From: Parcubacteria group bacterium
Lineage (GTDB): Bacteria; Patescibacteriota; Minisyncoccia; Phycocordibacterales; Phycocordibacteraceae
DNA length: 60,754 nt
NCBI GenBank assembly: GCA_028286945.1
Contig: JAQBQR010000005.1
Span: 1 to 60,754, forward strand
Direction: 5' to 3'
Notes under the pieces: generated by a model
Seen by the model: only the letters and a program-made list of their open reading frames with translations
Databases searched by the model: none
What the model was told of the DNA's origin: nothing
Part shown: positions 9,452 through 18,620 of the stretch, piece by piece
Numbering within the stretch: the stretch's first letter is position 1
Layout of the letters: each line of letters opens with the position of its first letter
Position numbers and translations under genes: made by a program

Positions 9452-10177
9452 ATGACACACACCGTACATCCTTACGCACACCGCCTCGGCATCATTCGTG
9501 ATTGGCGAAGCCGCTGGTTTGCTACAGATAAGAAAGCTTTCCGCGATAACATTGCGGTAGATAACGCCGTACGCACGTACCTCAAGAAGAAGCTTCGTGC
9601 CATGCACATTGCTGAGATTGAGATCGAGCGTTCACAGGCAGAACTTCGCGTTCTTCTTCACACGGCACGTCCTGGTCTCGTTATCGGACGCTCTGGCGAA
9701 AACGCTACGAAGATTCGTAAGGAACTTGCGTCTGTTGTTCAGAAAGTTGCTCCCGGACACGGTCGCGCTATCAAGCTCGACATCATGGAAATCCGTCAGC
9801 CAGAAACCTCAGCTGCGGTTGTGGGAATGATGGTTGTTGAAGGACTTGAGAAACGTATGCCATTCCGCCGTGTTCTTAAGGGTACGGTTGAAAAGGTAAT
9901 GACCTCACGTGATGTTATCGGAGTTCGTATCGTTGTCTCAGGCCGCCTTGGTGGTGCTGATATGGCTCGTACGGAAGCTATCAAGCGTGGACGTATTCCT
10001 CTTCAGACATTCCGTGCAAACATTGACTACGCACACCAGGAAGCACACCTCCCGTTCGGTGTTATCGGTATCAAAGTTTGGGTCTACCTCGGTGATCAGT
10101 TCACCATGGGTGCAGGTACAAATGATGCTGCAGCTCCAGCGAGCGCTCAGCGTGGTGGTAACGAACGTCGCGCGTAA
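9452..10177 (+). CDS. rpsC: 30S ribosomal protein S3
   Basis: HPYAHRLGI, RPGLVIG, SGRLGGADMAR, GRIPLQTFRA. Confidence 0.98.
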   Translation: MTHTVHPYAHRLGIIRDWRSRWFATDKKAFRDNIAVDNAVRTYLKKKLRAMHIAEIEIERSQAELRVLLHTARPGLVIGRSGENATKIRKELASVVQKVAPGHGRAIKLDIMEIRQPETSAAVVGMMVVEGLEKRMPFRRVLKGTVEKVMTSRDVIGVRIVVSGRLGGADMARTEAIKRGRIPLQTFRANIDYAHQEAHLPFGVIGIKVWVYLGDQFTMGAGTNDAAAPASAQRGGNERRA

Positions 10178-10188
10178 TATACCTGCTT

Positions 10189-10617
10189 ATGTTATTCCCT
10201 AAAAAAGTAAAACATCGCAAGTGGCAGACCGGACGTAAGTCTCCGGAGAAGCTCGCACGTCCTGATACCCGTGGTATTACGCTTTCTTTTGGTTCTTACG
10301 GACTTAAGGCAACGACTCCACACCGTGTTACCTCAAACCAGATCGAAGCTGCTCGTAAGGTTCTTACTCGCGCTACCGGTAAGGGAGGAAAGATGTGGAT
10401 CCGTATTTTCCCTGATCGTCCGGTAACGCAGAAGCCAGCTGAAGTGGGCATGGGTAAGGGTAAGGGTGATCCAAAGCACTTCGTATTCGAAGTACGTCCA
10501 GGACGCATCATGTTTGAAGTTGATGGTGTGGATGACGCTAAGGCACGCGATGCACTTCGCCGCGCCGGATCAAAGCTTCCCGTAAAGACGGTCATCATAA
10601 CCCGCTCACAGGCATAA
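10189..10617 (+). CDS. rplP: 50S ribosomal protein L16
   Basis: QIEAAR, WIRIFPD, MGKGKG. Confidence 0.98.
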   Translation: MLFPKKVKHRKWQTGRKSPEKLARPDTRGITLSFGSYGLKATTPHRVTSNQIEAARKVLTRATGKGGKMWIRIFPDRPVTQKPAEVGMGKGKGDPKHFVFEVRPGRIMFEVDGVDDAKARDALRRAGSKLPVKTVIITRSQA

Positions 10618-10621
10618 ACGT

Positions 10622-10816
10622 ATGAAAAAGATTTCACTAAAAGAAAAGACCGTAGAAGACATGACAAAGATGCTCGCTGAAAAGCGTGAGGAGCTTCGCG
10701 GACTTCGTTTCTCAGGCCTTAGCGGACGCGTCAAAGATTCACACGCTCCTAAGAAGCTTCGCGCAGAGATCGCTCGTGTCATGACGGAGATCGGAGCACG
10801 TAACAGCGCTGCATAA
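10622..10816 (+). CDS. rpmC: 50S ribosomal protein L29
   Basis: LRF...LRAEIARVMT; position between rplP and rpsQ. Confidence 0.93.
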   Translation: MKKISLKEKTVEDMTKMLAEKREELRGLRFSGLSGRVKDSHAPKKLRAEIARVMTEIGARNSAA

Positions 10817-10826
10817 TTTTACTACC

Positions 10827-11102
10827 ATGGAAAACACCACTTCAAAGCCCCAGACATTCCGCGGAACCGTTGTTAAGACGGCCATGACTGACACGGCTAC
10901 CGTTGCCGTATCACGTTACGTCATGCACCCTAAGTACAAGAAGTACCAGAACCGTACGAAGAAGTACCAGGTACACGATGTAGGGAACACGGCTAAGGTT
11001 GGCGACCAGGTCACCATCGTTGGTGTTGCACCTGTTTCAAAGCTCAAGCGTTTCGCGCTTAAGTCCGTCGACGTTAAGTACGTAGCCCCCGAAGAGGCAT
11101 AA
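10827..11102 (+). CDS. rpsQ: 30S ribosomal protein S17
   Basis: HPKYKK, KKYQVHD, GDQV, PVSKLKRF. Confidence 0.97.
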   Translation: MENTTSKPQTFRGTVVKTAMTDTATVAVSRYVMHPKYKKYQNRTKKYQVHDVGNTAKVGDQVTIVGVAPVSKLKRFALKSVDVKYVAPEEA

Positions 11103-11129
11103 CTCATCTAATTACTAACCTACAACTGT

Positions 11130-11507
11130 ATGCTTCAGACCCAATCAATCGTCACCGTCGCAGATAACTCAGGCGCAAAAGTTGCGCGTATCTTCAAGGT
11201 GCTTGGTGGATCAAAGCGCCGCTACGCTCAGATTGGAGATGTGGTTGTGGTTTCTATCCAGACAGCAGAGCCTCGCAAGACCGTTAAGAAGAAAGACATT
11301 TTCAAGGCCGTGGTTGTTCGCCAGAACAAGACGTTCCGCCGTGCAAACGGTTCGTACGTACGCTTCGACGACAACGCCGTTGTCCTCATTGAGAAGCAGG
11401 GTAAGGAAATGGGTCCTAAGGGTAACCGCGTATTCGGACCAGTGCCTCGCGACCTTATCGAAAAGGGTTGGCAGAACATTGCGTCTATCGCACCTGAAGT
11501 CGTATAA
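11130..11507 (+). CDS. rplN: 50S ribosomal protein L14
   Basis: VADNSGAK, RFDDNAVV, RVFGPV, IAPEVV. Confidence 0.98.
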   Translation: MLQTQSIVTVADNSGAKVARIFKVLGGSKRRYAQIGDVVVVSIQTAEPRKTVKKKDIFKAVVVRQNKTFRRANGSYVRFDDNAVVLIEKQGKEMGPKGNRVFGPVPRDLIEKGWQNIASIAPEVV

Positions 11508-11518
11508 CTTTTTTACTT

Positions 11519-11830
11519 ATGAAAATGAAACTCAAAAAAGGCGACAACGTAATGGTTATCTCAGGAAAGGATAAGGGTAAGACCGGTGTTATTGCGCACG
11601 CATACCCAGAGACCGGAAAGGTGATGATCGAAGGTGTTGCTATCTACAAGCGTTCACTTCGTGCACGTCAGGGAGTAGCAGGTGCCATCGTTGAGAAGCC
11701 TCGTCCTATCGACGCTTCAAACGTTATGTTCATGGACCCTAAGGAAAAGAAGCCAACGCGTATTGGTCGCCGTGTTGAAGACGGAAAGCTCGTACGCTTC
11801 GCAAAGAAGAGTAGCTCAACGCTCTCGTAA
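11519..11830 (+). CDS. rplX: 50S ribosomal protein L24
   Basis: KOW motif KKGDNVMVISGKDKGKTG; PIDASNV. Confidence 0.97.
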   Translation: MKMKLKKGDNVMVISGKDKGKTGVIAHAYPETGKVMIEGVAIYKRSLRARQGVAGAIVEKPRPIDASNVMFMDPKEKKPTRIGRRVEDGKLVRFAKKSSSTLS

Positions 11831-11850
11831 TCTCGCTAACTTATTTACGT

Positions 11851-12384
11851 ATGATGATCACCGAACAAAAGAATAAGAGCGCCTACGAGACCCTCAAGGG
11901 AACGTTCAACTACCCAAACGTCATGGCTTCAGCGAAGCTCACGAAGATCGTTGTCTCAAGTGGTGTTGGAAAGGCGAAGGATAAGAACCGTAACAAGCTC
12001 GTTCAGGAAAAGCTTGCACGTATTACCGGACAGAAGCCAGCTCAGCGCGTAGCTAAGAAGTCTATTGCAGCCTTCAAGTCTCGTGAAGGTGATGTTGTTG
12101 GTTTCCAGGTAACACTCCGTGGTCAGCGCATGTACGAGTTTCTTGATAAGCTCATCCACATCGCTCTCCCCCGTACGCGTGACTTCCGTGGTCTTACAAA
12201 GACCGCCATCGATGAAATGGGTAACTACACCATCGGTATCCGCGAGAACTCAATCTTCCCTGAGACTTCAGAAGAAGATCTTAAGGACGTCTTCGGCCTT
12301 GCAATCACCCTCGTGACCACCGCAAAGACCAAAGAAGAGGCAGAAGCGTTCCTCCGCCACCTCGAGCTTCCAATGAAGCCATAA
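11851..12384 (+). CDS. rplE: 50S ribosomal protein L5
   Basis: ITGQKP, VTLRG, LPRTRDFRG, GNYTIG. Confidence 0.98.
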   Translation: MMITEQKNKSAYETLKGTFNYPNVMASAKLTKIVVSSGVGKAKDKNRNKLVQEKLARITGQKPAQRVAKKSIAAFKSREGDVVGFQVTLRGQRMYEFLDKLIHIALPRTRDFRGLTKTAIDEMGNYTIGIRENSIFPETSEEDLKDVFGLAITLVTTAKTKEEAEAFLRHLELPMKP

Positions 12385-12401
12385 CACAGGAAAAGAAGTC
12401 A

Positions 12402-12440
12402 GAAAGAGGCCCTCCGCGAAAGCCGGAGGGCCTCTTTCCT
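12402..12440 (+). terminator. Intrinsic terminator after rplE
   Basis: GAAAGAGGCCCTCC...GGAGGGCCTCTTTC. Confidence 0.8.
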
Positions 12441-12516
12441 TGTCCACAATATAAAAGCGCTTTTCAAATAAAAAAGCTAGTATTAGCGAATAGCCAGTGC
12501 ATATAACAAATAACCT

Positions 12517-13188
12517 ATGGGAATTGAAAGTGGAAATAAAAACGTAAATGGAGCCGATACTACCGAGCGCACATATGCGGACTTATACGATGATGAATTG
12601 CATGCTCCATCAATTGCTGCTGCAGAGCAAGCTCTCGAACCCTCCGCAGAAACGGTTGATACAAGTTTTGCTGACCTCGCAGGCAGTGTAGAAATTTCTC
12701 CTGCTGCTCCACTAAGTCCCGAGCGTAGAGAGGAAGTACTAGAGCAAATTGAACATGAGGAAGGTCGTCTAGGTACTAATCTTCAAACGCATGCAGAAGT
12801 AGTATCTGCTGCAGAAGCACGCCTAGACGCTTCCGCGCCCGAAGCGAGTGCTTCTAAGAAACTACTTACCTATGCGCAGGTTGGTGAGCTATACAAAAAA
12901 GCTAATGACCGCGTAAATAAGATGTTCTATGGGGGAATGATCGGAGCAGGAGCTCTCATGGCCACAGGTGCGGCGATAGGAGCGTTCGAAGGCGGACCCC
13001 AAGACCCATTCATGGGCCCAGATGCTGCTCAAAAAGCTCAACACATTCTGGAAATTGGAAAGCATGCGCTGGAGAGCGGATCTTTAGTCCTGGTCGGAAC
13101 AGTCGCAGCAATCGCCATCGCTAAGACTATGAACTGGCTCAGGAAGCGTTCTGGGGAAAAGGCATCTTTTAATCCACGAACTGCGTAA
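12517..13188 (+). CDS. Hypothetical protein, acidic N-terminus and two C-terminal TM segments
   Basis: 223-aa ORF. Confidence 0.75.
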   Translation: MGIESGNKNVNGADTTERTYADLYDDELHAPSIAAAEQALEPSAETVDTSFADLAGSVEISPAAPLSPERREEVLEQIEHEEGRLGTNLQTHAEVVSAAEARLDASAPEASASKKLLTYAQVGELYKKANDRVNKMFYGGMIGAGALMATGAAIGAFEGGPQDPFMGPDAAQKAQHILEIGKHALESGSLVLVGTVAAIAIAKTMNWLRKRSGEKASFNPRTA

Positions 13189-13193
13189 TTGCT

Positions 13194-13385
13194 ATGGAAC
13201 TCCAACAACTCATCAATAAGGCAAATACTGAGGAACTTACTCAAGAAGAACAAGAAGAGTTATTTACAAAGATTAACGAAGAACTCTCGGCGCTAAAGGA
13301 AAAGGATCCTGAAAAGTATCTAGAACTCCTGAAGCAGCTCAATTCAATGATCGAGGACCTCAATACTGATATTGAAAGTCTGTAA
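13194..13385 (+). CDS. Small acidic helical hypothetical protein
   Basis: 63-aa ORF 5 nt after previous gene; hairpin terminator at about 13405-13442. Confidence 0.65.
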   Translation: MELQQLINKANTEELTQEEQEELFTKINEELSALKEKDPEKYLELLKQLNSMIEDLNTDIESL

Positions 13386-13476
13386 GATTCAGAAAGAGAC
13401 GCTAAAACAAAAATCCTTGACCCTTGTCAGGGATTTTGTTTTACTTGGCGCAGTACAGCACGAAGGGAACAGTGGC

Positions 13477-13800
13477 ATGAACATGAACGATGGGGGCCGC
13501 GGAAGCGCCATATGGGCCTCGAAGCAAACGGCGGAAGCACGTGCTGGGGGTCCGTGGAAGTCGACTGAAGCTTGGCCAATCTGCATGGCGCAGGTTACTG
13601 GCCAAATCGATTTTGCGTCGAGCCAGGGTGCGAGCGAGGTGTTGTTCTACACCTATTTCGATAGGAACGATTTGGTTGCGACCGCCCAGATCCAGGCCGG
13701 GCTTGAAAGTCTGGGGTATGTCGCCAACTCGGCAGGCTTCAATCGCGGCGGTGGAGTTTGGGGCCTGTCTTTCAGGATTTCCTGGCCCGCCAAGAAATAA
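13477..13800 (+). CDS. Hypothetical protein ending in ISW motif
   Basis: ATG at 13477 after GAAGGGA; LESLGY...FRISWPAKK; hairpin 13812-13842. Confidence 0.6.
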   Translation: MNMNDGGRGSAIWASKQTAEARAGGPWKSTEAWPICMAQVTGQIDFASSQGASEVLFYTYFDRNDLVATAQIQAGLESLGYVANSAGFNRGGGVWGLSFRISWPAKK

Positions 13801-13932
13801 GCGGCAGATGCGCGGCTCCACTCATTTAGAGGGTGGAGCCGCTTAACGCTATTAGAATGCTCTTTATTTTATCTGAAATCTGACGCACCCTCGGTACGTT
13901 TTGTTTGGTACTAATCTAAGGAGGAGTTAGAC

Positions 13933-14355
13933 ATGAGCCACTTACAAACAGCCCTTTCGAGGGCAGCTAAGCATGCACAAAGGGTCGCAAAGGGACGTAC
14001 CGCCTTTGAAACGCACGACATGCAAGGCTTCCCGATGGAATACGCGCATTTCCATGAAGTATTCCATTCGGCGTGGTACGAACTGATTATGGCCGCAGCC
14101 GCAAAGGGAATGACCGGATGCTCGCTCCCACTTAGCTATCCGAACCCGCGCAAGAATGAGCTTGCACTTATGAAGCAGCTAATCAAGGTGTACGCGCATT
14201 CCTTTTTCAGTGAGAGCGGCTTTCGAATCGTTGGATTCGGGCAGTGGGAGACGATTCGGGAATTTGAGGTAGGGAGTACCTCTGAAACCGAATCAGCAAC
14301 TATCGCATCGATACAAACGACAATTATGATCTCGTGGAGACAGCCCAAGAAGTGA
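13933..14355 (+). CDS. Hypothetical protein ending in ISW motif
   Basis: Strong SD AAGGAGGAG; 140 aa; SGFRIV...MISWRQPKK; terminator about 14363-14393. Confidence 0.75.
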   Translation: MSHLQTALSRAAKHAQRVAKGRTAFETHDMQGFPMEYAHFHEVFHSAWYELIMAAAAKGMTGCSLPLSYPNPRKNELALMKQLIKVYAHSFFSESGFRIVGFGQWETIREFEVGSTSETESATIASIQTTIMISWRQPKK

Positions 14356-14421
14356 AGCAAATGGACCCGCGCTAGCAACGCGGGCCGTTTTTATAGCTTA
14401 ATTTACAAAATGGGGGGCGAA

Positions 14422-14491
14422 ACGGGTGCCTTCCGGAGACGCGCGGAAGCGTGCAGGCCTCGAGATGAGCACGTCGAAGGAAGGCACCCGT
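14422..14491. repeat. 13-bp inverted repeat, REP-like element
   Basis: ACGGGTGCCTTCC (14422-14434) / GGAAGGCACCCGT (14479-14491). Confidence 0.5.
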
Positions 14492-14500
14492 GCAGCCTGT

Positions 14501-14529
14501 TTGACAGCCTATTCCCTTACTGATACATT
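14501..14529 (+). promoter_or_regulatory. sigma70 promoter for rpsN-secY block
   Basis: TTGACA (14501-14506), 17 nt, extended TGa-TACATT (14524-14529). Confidence 0.75.
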
Positions 14530-14559
14530 GTTTAAACGCTCCCCGGAGCTATTTTTCGT

Positions 14560-14829
14560 ATGGCAAAAGCCTCACAAATCGCCCGCAACCAAAAGAAGGT
14601 TACAACCGTCGCTAAGTACGCTGCAAAGCGTGCGGAGCTTCTTGCTGCAGGTGATTACATTGGCCTCCAGGCACTTCCGAAGAACGCATCTCCTGTCCGC
14701 ATCAAAAGCCGTTGTGCCATTACTGGCCGCAGCCGTGGATATATGCGTGATTTCGGCCTTTCTCGTATTATGTTCCGCGAACTTGCCCGTGAAGGTAAGA
14801 TTCCCGGTGTAAAAAAAGCATCATGGTAA
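14560..14829 (+). CDS. rpsN: 30S ribosomal protein S14, 89-aa form lacking the 4-Cys zinc site
   Basis: [29 protein letters not shown]. Confidence 0.97.
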   Translation: MAKASQIARNQKKVTTVAKYAAKRAELLAAGDYIGLQALPKNASPVRIKSRCAITGRSRGYMRDFGLSRIMFRELAREGKIPGVKKASW

Positions 14830-15215
14830 CAGACCGCGTTGGAGATTTCATAATTCGCCTTAAGAATGCCGGTGCTATCGGCAACACTACGGCCACAGCT
14901 CCACACTCAAAGCATATTGAAGACATCGCGAACAAGCTTAAGGAGCTTGGATTCGTTGAGCGCGTTGAAGTTACCAAAGACATGCCTCGCATGATCGAAG
15001 TAACGCTCGCCTACGATTCTGGTGGAAAGCACAAGATTCATGACGTGAAGCGCGTGTCTAAGCCAGGTCGTCGTCTCTACGTTGCAAGCCGTGACGCACA
15101 CAGTGTGAAGAATGGTCTTGGCGCAGCGATCATCTCAACGCCCAAGGGTATCCTCGCAGATAAGGAAGCTCGTAAGATTCACCAGGGTGGTGAAGCACTC
15201 TTCGAGATCTGGTAA
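14823..15215 (+). CDS. rpsH: 30S ribosomal protein S8
   Basis: [30 protein letters not shown]. Confidence 0.98.
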   Translation: MVTDRVGDFIIRLKNAGAIGNTTATAPHSKHIEDIANKLKELGFVERVEVTKDMPRMIEVTLAYDSGGKHKIHDVKRVSKPGRRLYVASRDAHSVKNGLGAAIISTPKGILADKEARKIHQGGEALFEIW

Positions 15216-15233
15216 TCGTTATATTTTCGTACT

Positions 15234-15767
15234 ATGTCCCGCCTAGCAAAGAAACCTATTCAAGTATCATCTAAAGTCAGCATTGAAAGTGCTGGTGGGA
15301 TGCTTACCGTAAAAGGTCCAAAGGAGACTCTTACAAAGAGCATTCACTCTTCAATCTCTATTGCCGTAACGCCAGAAGGAGTAATGGTTACGCAGGCTGA
15401 TAACTCACGCCTCGGACGCGCTCTTGTGGGAACATACGCAGCGCACGTTCGCGCTATGCTCGCAGGCGTTGAAACACCCTGGAAGAAAGTGCTTCAGCTT
15501 AACGGAGTTGGATACAAGGTTGAAGTTCGCGGTACGGACATCGTTCTTAACGTTGGATTCTCACACCAGGTAGTACTCGCGATTCCTGAAGGACTCACCG
15601 TTACCGTTCTTAAGAACACCATCACCATCGAAGGAGCTGATAAGCAGCGCGTTGGACAGTTCGCTGCAGAAGTTCGCGACGTGAAGCGTCCTGAACCATA
15701 CCTTGGAAAGGGTATTAAGTATGACGACGAAGTTATCCGTCGTAAGCAGGGTAAGAAGGCCGTATAG
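15234..15767 (+). CDS. rplF: 50S ribosomal protein L6
   Basis: GVGYK, GFSH, PEPYLGKGIKY. Confidence 0.98.
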   Translation: MSRLAKKPIQVSSKVSIESAGGMLTVKGPKETLTKSIHSSISIAVTPEGVMVTQADNSRLGRALVGTYAAHVRAMLAGVETPWKKVLQLNGVGYKVEVRGTDIVLNVGFSHQVVLAIPEGLTVTVLKNTITIEGADKQRVGQFAAEVRDVKRPEPYLGKGIKYDDEVIRRKQGKKAV

Positions 15768-15784
15768 GTCTTACGTAAAATACT

Positions 15785-16135
15785 ATGACTAAAATTGCAC
15801 CATCAAAGAATGACAAGCGCCTAACTCGCCACAAGCGTATTCGTTCAACGATCATTGGTACAGCCGCACGTCCTCGTCTCGCGGTATACCGTTCAAACCG
15901 TTTCGTATCCGCTCAGCTTATTGATGACGACAAGGGTCACACAATCGCTTCCGCACACGGCCGTGAATTCAAGGGTGCTCAGTCTGCACAGGCTGCTGCT
16001 GTTGGAAAGGTAATTGCAGAGCGCGCAAAGGCAGCAGGTGTTACCACCGTTGTGTTTGACCGTGGCGGCTACTCATACGCTGCGCAGATTCGCGGCCTTG
16101 CTGACGCTGCACGCGCAGGCGGACTCGCATTTTAA
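15785..16135 (+). CDS. rplR: 50S ribosomal protein L18
   Basis: RPRLAVYRSN, AQLIDD, VFDRGGY, ARAGGLAF. Confidence 0.97.
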   Translation: MTKIAPSKNDKRLTRHKRIRSTIIGTAARPRLAVYRSNRFVSAQLIDDDKGHTIASAHGREFKGAQSAQAAAVGKVIAERAKAAGVTTVVFDRGGYSYAAQIRGLADAARAGGLAF

Positions 16136-16149
16136 TACCTTACTTATTT

Positions 16150-16821
16150 ATGACTGACACCGTAATCACTCCCGAGACCGAAGTTGAAGCAGTTGCTGCC
16201 GTTGAAACGGTGGAGGCACCTGTTGAAGCGCCTGCGGTTGAAGAGACTGCTCCCGTAGCAGAGGCTACTCCTGCACCTGCTGAAACAGCGGCAGCACCTA
16301 CGCGTGACTCTCGTGGTGGCGCACGTGGTGATGGTCGTCGTCCCGGTGGACGTCCTCAGCGTTCTCGTGAACGTGCTCCTCGCGAGCGCAGCGAGTTCGA
16401 CCAGGTAACCCTCGACGTACGTCGTGTGGCCCGCGTTATGGGTGGTGGTCGCCGTTTCTCATTCAGCGTTACGGTTGTTATCGGTGATAAGAAGGGTCGC
16501 GTAGGTGTTGGTCTTGGAAAGGGGGCTGATACCGCACTTGCTATCGACAAGGCTGTTCGCGCCGCAAAGAAGAATCTCATCACCGTGCCTCTTACGAGCA
16601 ACCGCTCAATCGAGCACAATGTTTCTGCAAAGTACTCATCTTCAACGATCGAGATCATTCCTTCACCAGGTCGCGGACTCGTTGCTGGTTCAGCAATGCG
16701 TACGGTTCTTGAGTACGCCGGTGTTACTGACATCATCGCAAAGATCCAGACTCGTTCAAAGAACAAACTCACTATCGCCCGCGCTACGGTTGAGGCTCTT
16801 AAGTCACTCCAAACTCGTTAA
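16150..16821 (+). CDS. rpsE: 30S ribosomal protein S5 with long N-terminal extension
   Basis: RRVARVMGGGRRFSF, GRVGVGLGKG. Confidence 0.97.
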   Translation: MTDTVITPETEVEAVAAVETVEAPVEAPAVEETAPVAEATPAPAETAAAPTRDSRGGARGDGRRPGGRPQRSRERAPRERSEFDQVTLDVRRVARVMGGGRRFSFSVTVVIGDKKGRVGVGLGKGADTALAIDKAVRAAKKNLITVPLTSNRSIEHNVSAKYSSSTIEIIPSPGRGLVAGSAMRTVLEYAGVTDIIAKIQTRSKNKLTIARATVEALKSLQTR

Positions 16822-16832
16822 GCTACACTTTT

Positions 16833-17291
16833 ATGCAAATCAACACTCTTAAAGCCGCTACATCTCGCATCACCAGCGTACGCGTCGGACGCGGAAGTAC
16901 TCGCGGTAAGAACTCTGGCCGCGGTAACAAGGGTCAGAATTCTCGTGCTGGTCACAAGAACCGCCCAGAGATGCGCGATCTTCTTAAGAAGATTCCAAAG
17001 CGTCGTGGTTTTGGTAAGAACCGTTCACGTACGGTAAAGCCACAGATTATCTACACTCCCGTAAACCTTACGAAGCTTGAGGCAACATTTGCAGCAGGGG
17101 ACATTGTAAACCCAGTAGCACTTATGCTTAACGGACTTGTTCGCTCACGCGGTGGCTACATCATTCCGGTAAAGATCCTTGGAACAGGTACCATCACCAA
17201 GGCACTCACCATCGTGGATTGTGAATTCTCACAAACCGCCAAGGCAGCCGTTGAAGCTGCAGGAGGTTCATTCGGTACCAGTAAAAAATAA
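16833..17291 (+). CDS. rplO: 50S ribosomal protein L15
   Basis: RVGRG..RGKNSGRGNKGQNSRAG, KILGTG; follows rpsE directly with no rpmD. Confidence 0.95.
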   Translation: MQINTLKAATSRITSVRVGRGSTRGKNSGRGNKGQNSRAGHKNRPEMRDLLKKIPKRRGFGKNRSRTVKPQIIYTPVNLTKLEATFAAGDIVNPVALMLNGLVRSRGGYIIPVKILGTGTITKALTIVDCEFSQTAKAAVEAAGGSFGTSKK

Positions 17292-17294
17292 ACC

Positions 17295-18563
17295 ATGTTT
17301 GAAAACTTCTTTCACAAAGTCGGGATCATACTAAGCGATCGCGCTTTGCGAAAGCGAATTCTCTTTATCGTCCTCGCTATCGCGATCTTCCGTTTCGCGT
17401 CAGCTATCCCTGTACCTGGGGTAAACCACGCTGCGCTCGCACAGTTCTTCGGCGCTAACGCGTACCTTGGTCTTCTCTCTGTCTTCTCAGGAGGCGGTCT
17501 CAACACGATCTCGATTGTGCTTCTTGGTGTTACTCCGTACATCACGGCTTCAATCATTATGCAGCTCTCAACGGTTCTTTTCCCAAACCTCAAAGAGATG
17601 TACCAGGAGGAAGGGGAAGTGGGACGCGCACGTTTCATCGCTATTTCTCGCTACATCACGGTACCCATCGCTATTCTTCAGGCCGTTGCCTTCCTCTCAC
17701 TTCTCCAGCGTGAAGGTATTCTTCTTCCACTTTCACACCTCCAGCTCGTAACTGACGTGCTTGTGGTGGCCGCAGGTTCAATCTTCCTTATGTGGATTGG
17801 TGAACTCATCACTGAGTTCGGTATCGGAAACGGTGTATCGCTCATCATCTTCGCTGGTATCGTTGCGCGTATTCCTTCAGGCATCGCACAGTCACTCTTT
17901 ACTGCCTCAAGCGCAAACATTCCTGCATACATTGGCTTCGTAGCACTCGCTATTGCGGTGGTATATGCCGTGGTTGTGGTGGCTGACGCAGAACGCTCTA
18001 TTCCTATTGCATACGCTCGTCAGGTGCGTGGTGGTTCCGCTGGAGCCCCAACATACCTTCCAATCCGCCTTCTTCAGGCTGGAGTTATTCCAATTATCTT
18101 CGCGCTTTCGCTTCTTCTCTTGCCACAGCTTTTGATTAGCGGACTTTCAGCACTTCATGTATCTGCTGCAGCAGGATGGCTCGTGGGGTACCAGTCATTT
18201 TCAAACAACACCTGGTTCTACAGCGCCGCGTACTTCATCCTTGTGGTGATGTTCACCTTCTTCTATACCGCTATCACCTTCGAACCACATCGCATCGCTG
18301 ACAACCTTCAGAAGTCAGGTGCCTTTGTGCCAGGAGTACGTCCAGGGCGCGAGACAGAAGGGTACATCGGTAAGGTAGTGAACCGCGTTACACTTCCCGC
18401 CGCTCTCTTCCTTGGTATCGTTGCGGTCATTCCGTTCATCATAAAGGCACTTACGGGCGTCTCAGCTATCCTCGTCGGCGGTACGGCACTTCTCATTGCC
18501 GTGCAGGTTCTTCTGGACGTTATCCGAAAGGTGGATGCGCAGGTTTCACTTCGCGAGTATTAA
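17295..18563 (+). CDS. secY: Preprotein translocase subunit SecY
   Basis: LGVTPYITASII, GIGNGVSLIIFAGI, AGVIPIIFA, PGVRPG, GGTALLIAV. Confidence 0.99.
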   Translation: MFENFFHKVGIILSDRALRKRILFIVLAIAIFRFASAIPVPGVNHAALAQFFGANAYLGLLSVFSGGGLNTISIVLLGVTPYITASIIMQLSTVLFPNLKEMYQEEGEVGRARFIAISRYITVPIAILQAVAFLSLLQREGILLPLSHLQLVTDVLVVAAGSIFLMWIGELITEFGIGNGVSLIIFAGIVARIPSGIAQSLFTASSANIPAYIGFVALAIAVVYAVVVVADAERSIPIAYARQVRGGSAGAPTYLPIRLLQAGVIPIIFALSLLLLPQLLISGLSALHVSAAAGWLVGYQSFSNNTWFYSAAYFILVVMFTFFYTAITFEPHRIADNLQKSGAFVPGVRPGRETEGYIGKVVNRVTLPAALFLGIVAVIPFIIKALTGVSAILVGGTALLIAVQVLLDVIRKVDAQVSLREY

Positions 18564-18620
18564 AAGTTAGAAAGTTTTCAAACAATTAGTGTACTGGGCT
18601 ATGCCTGGTACACTTTTTGC

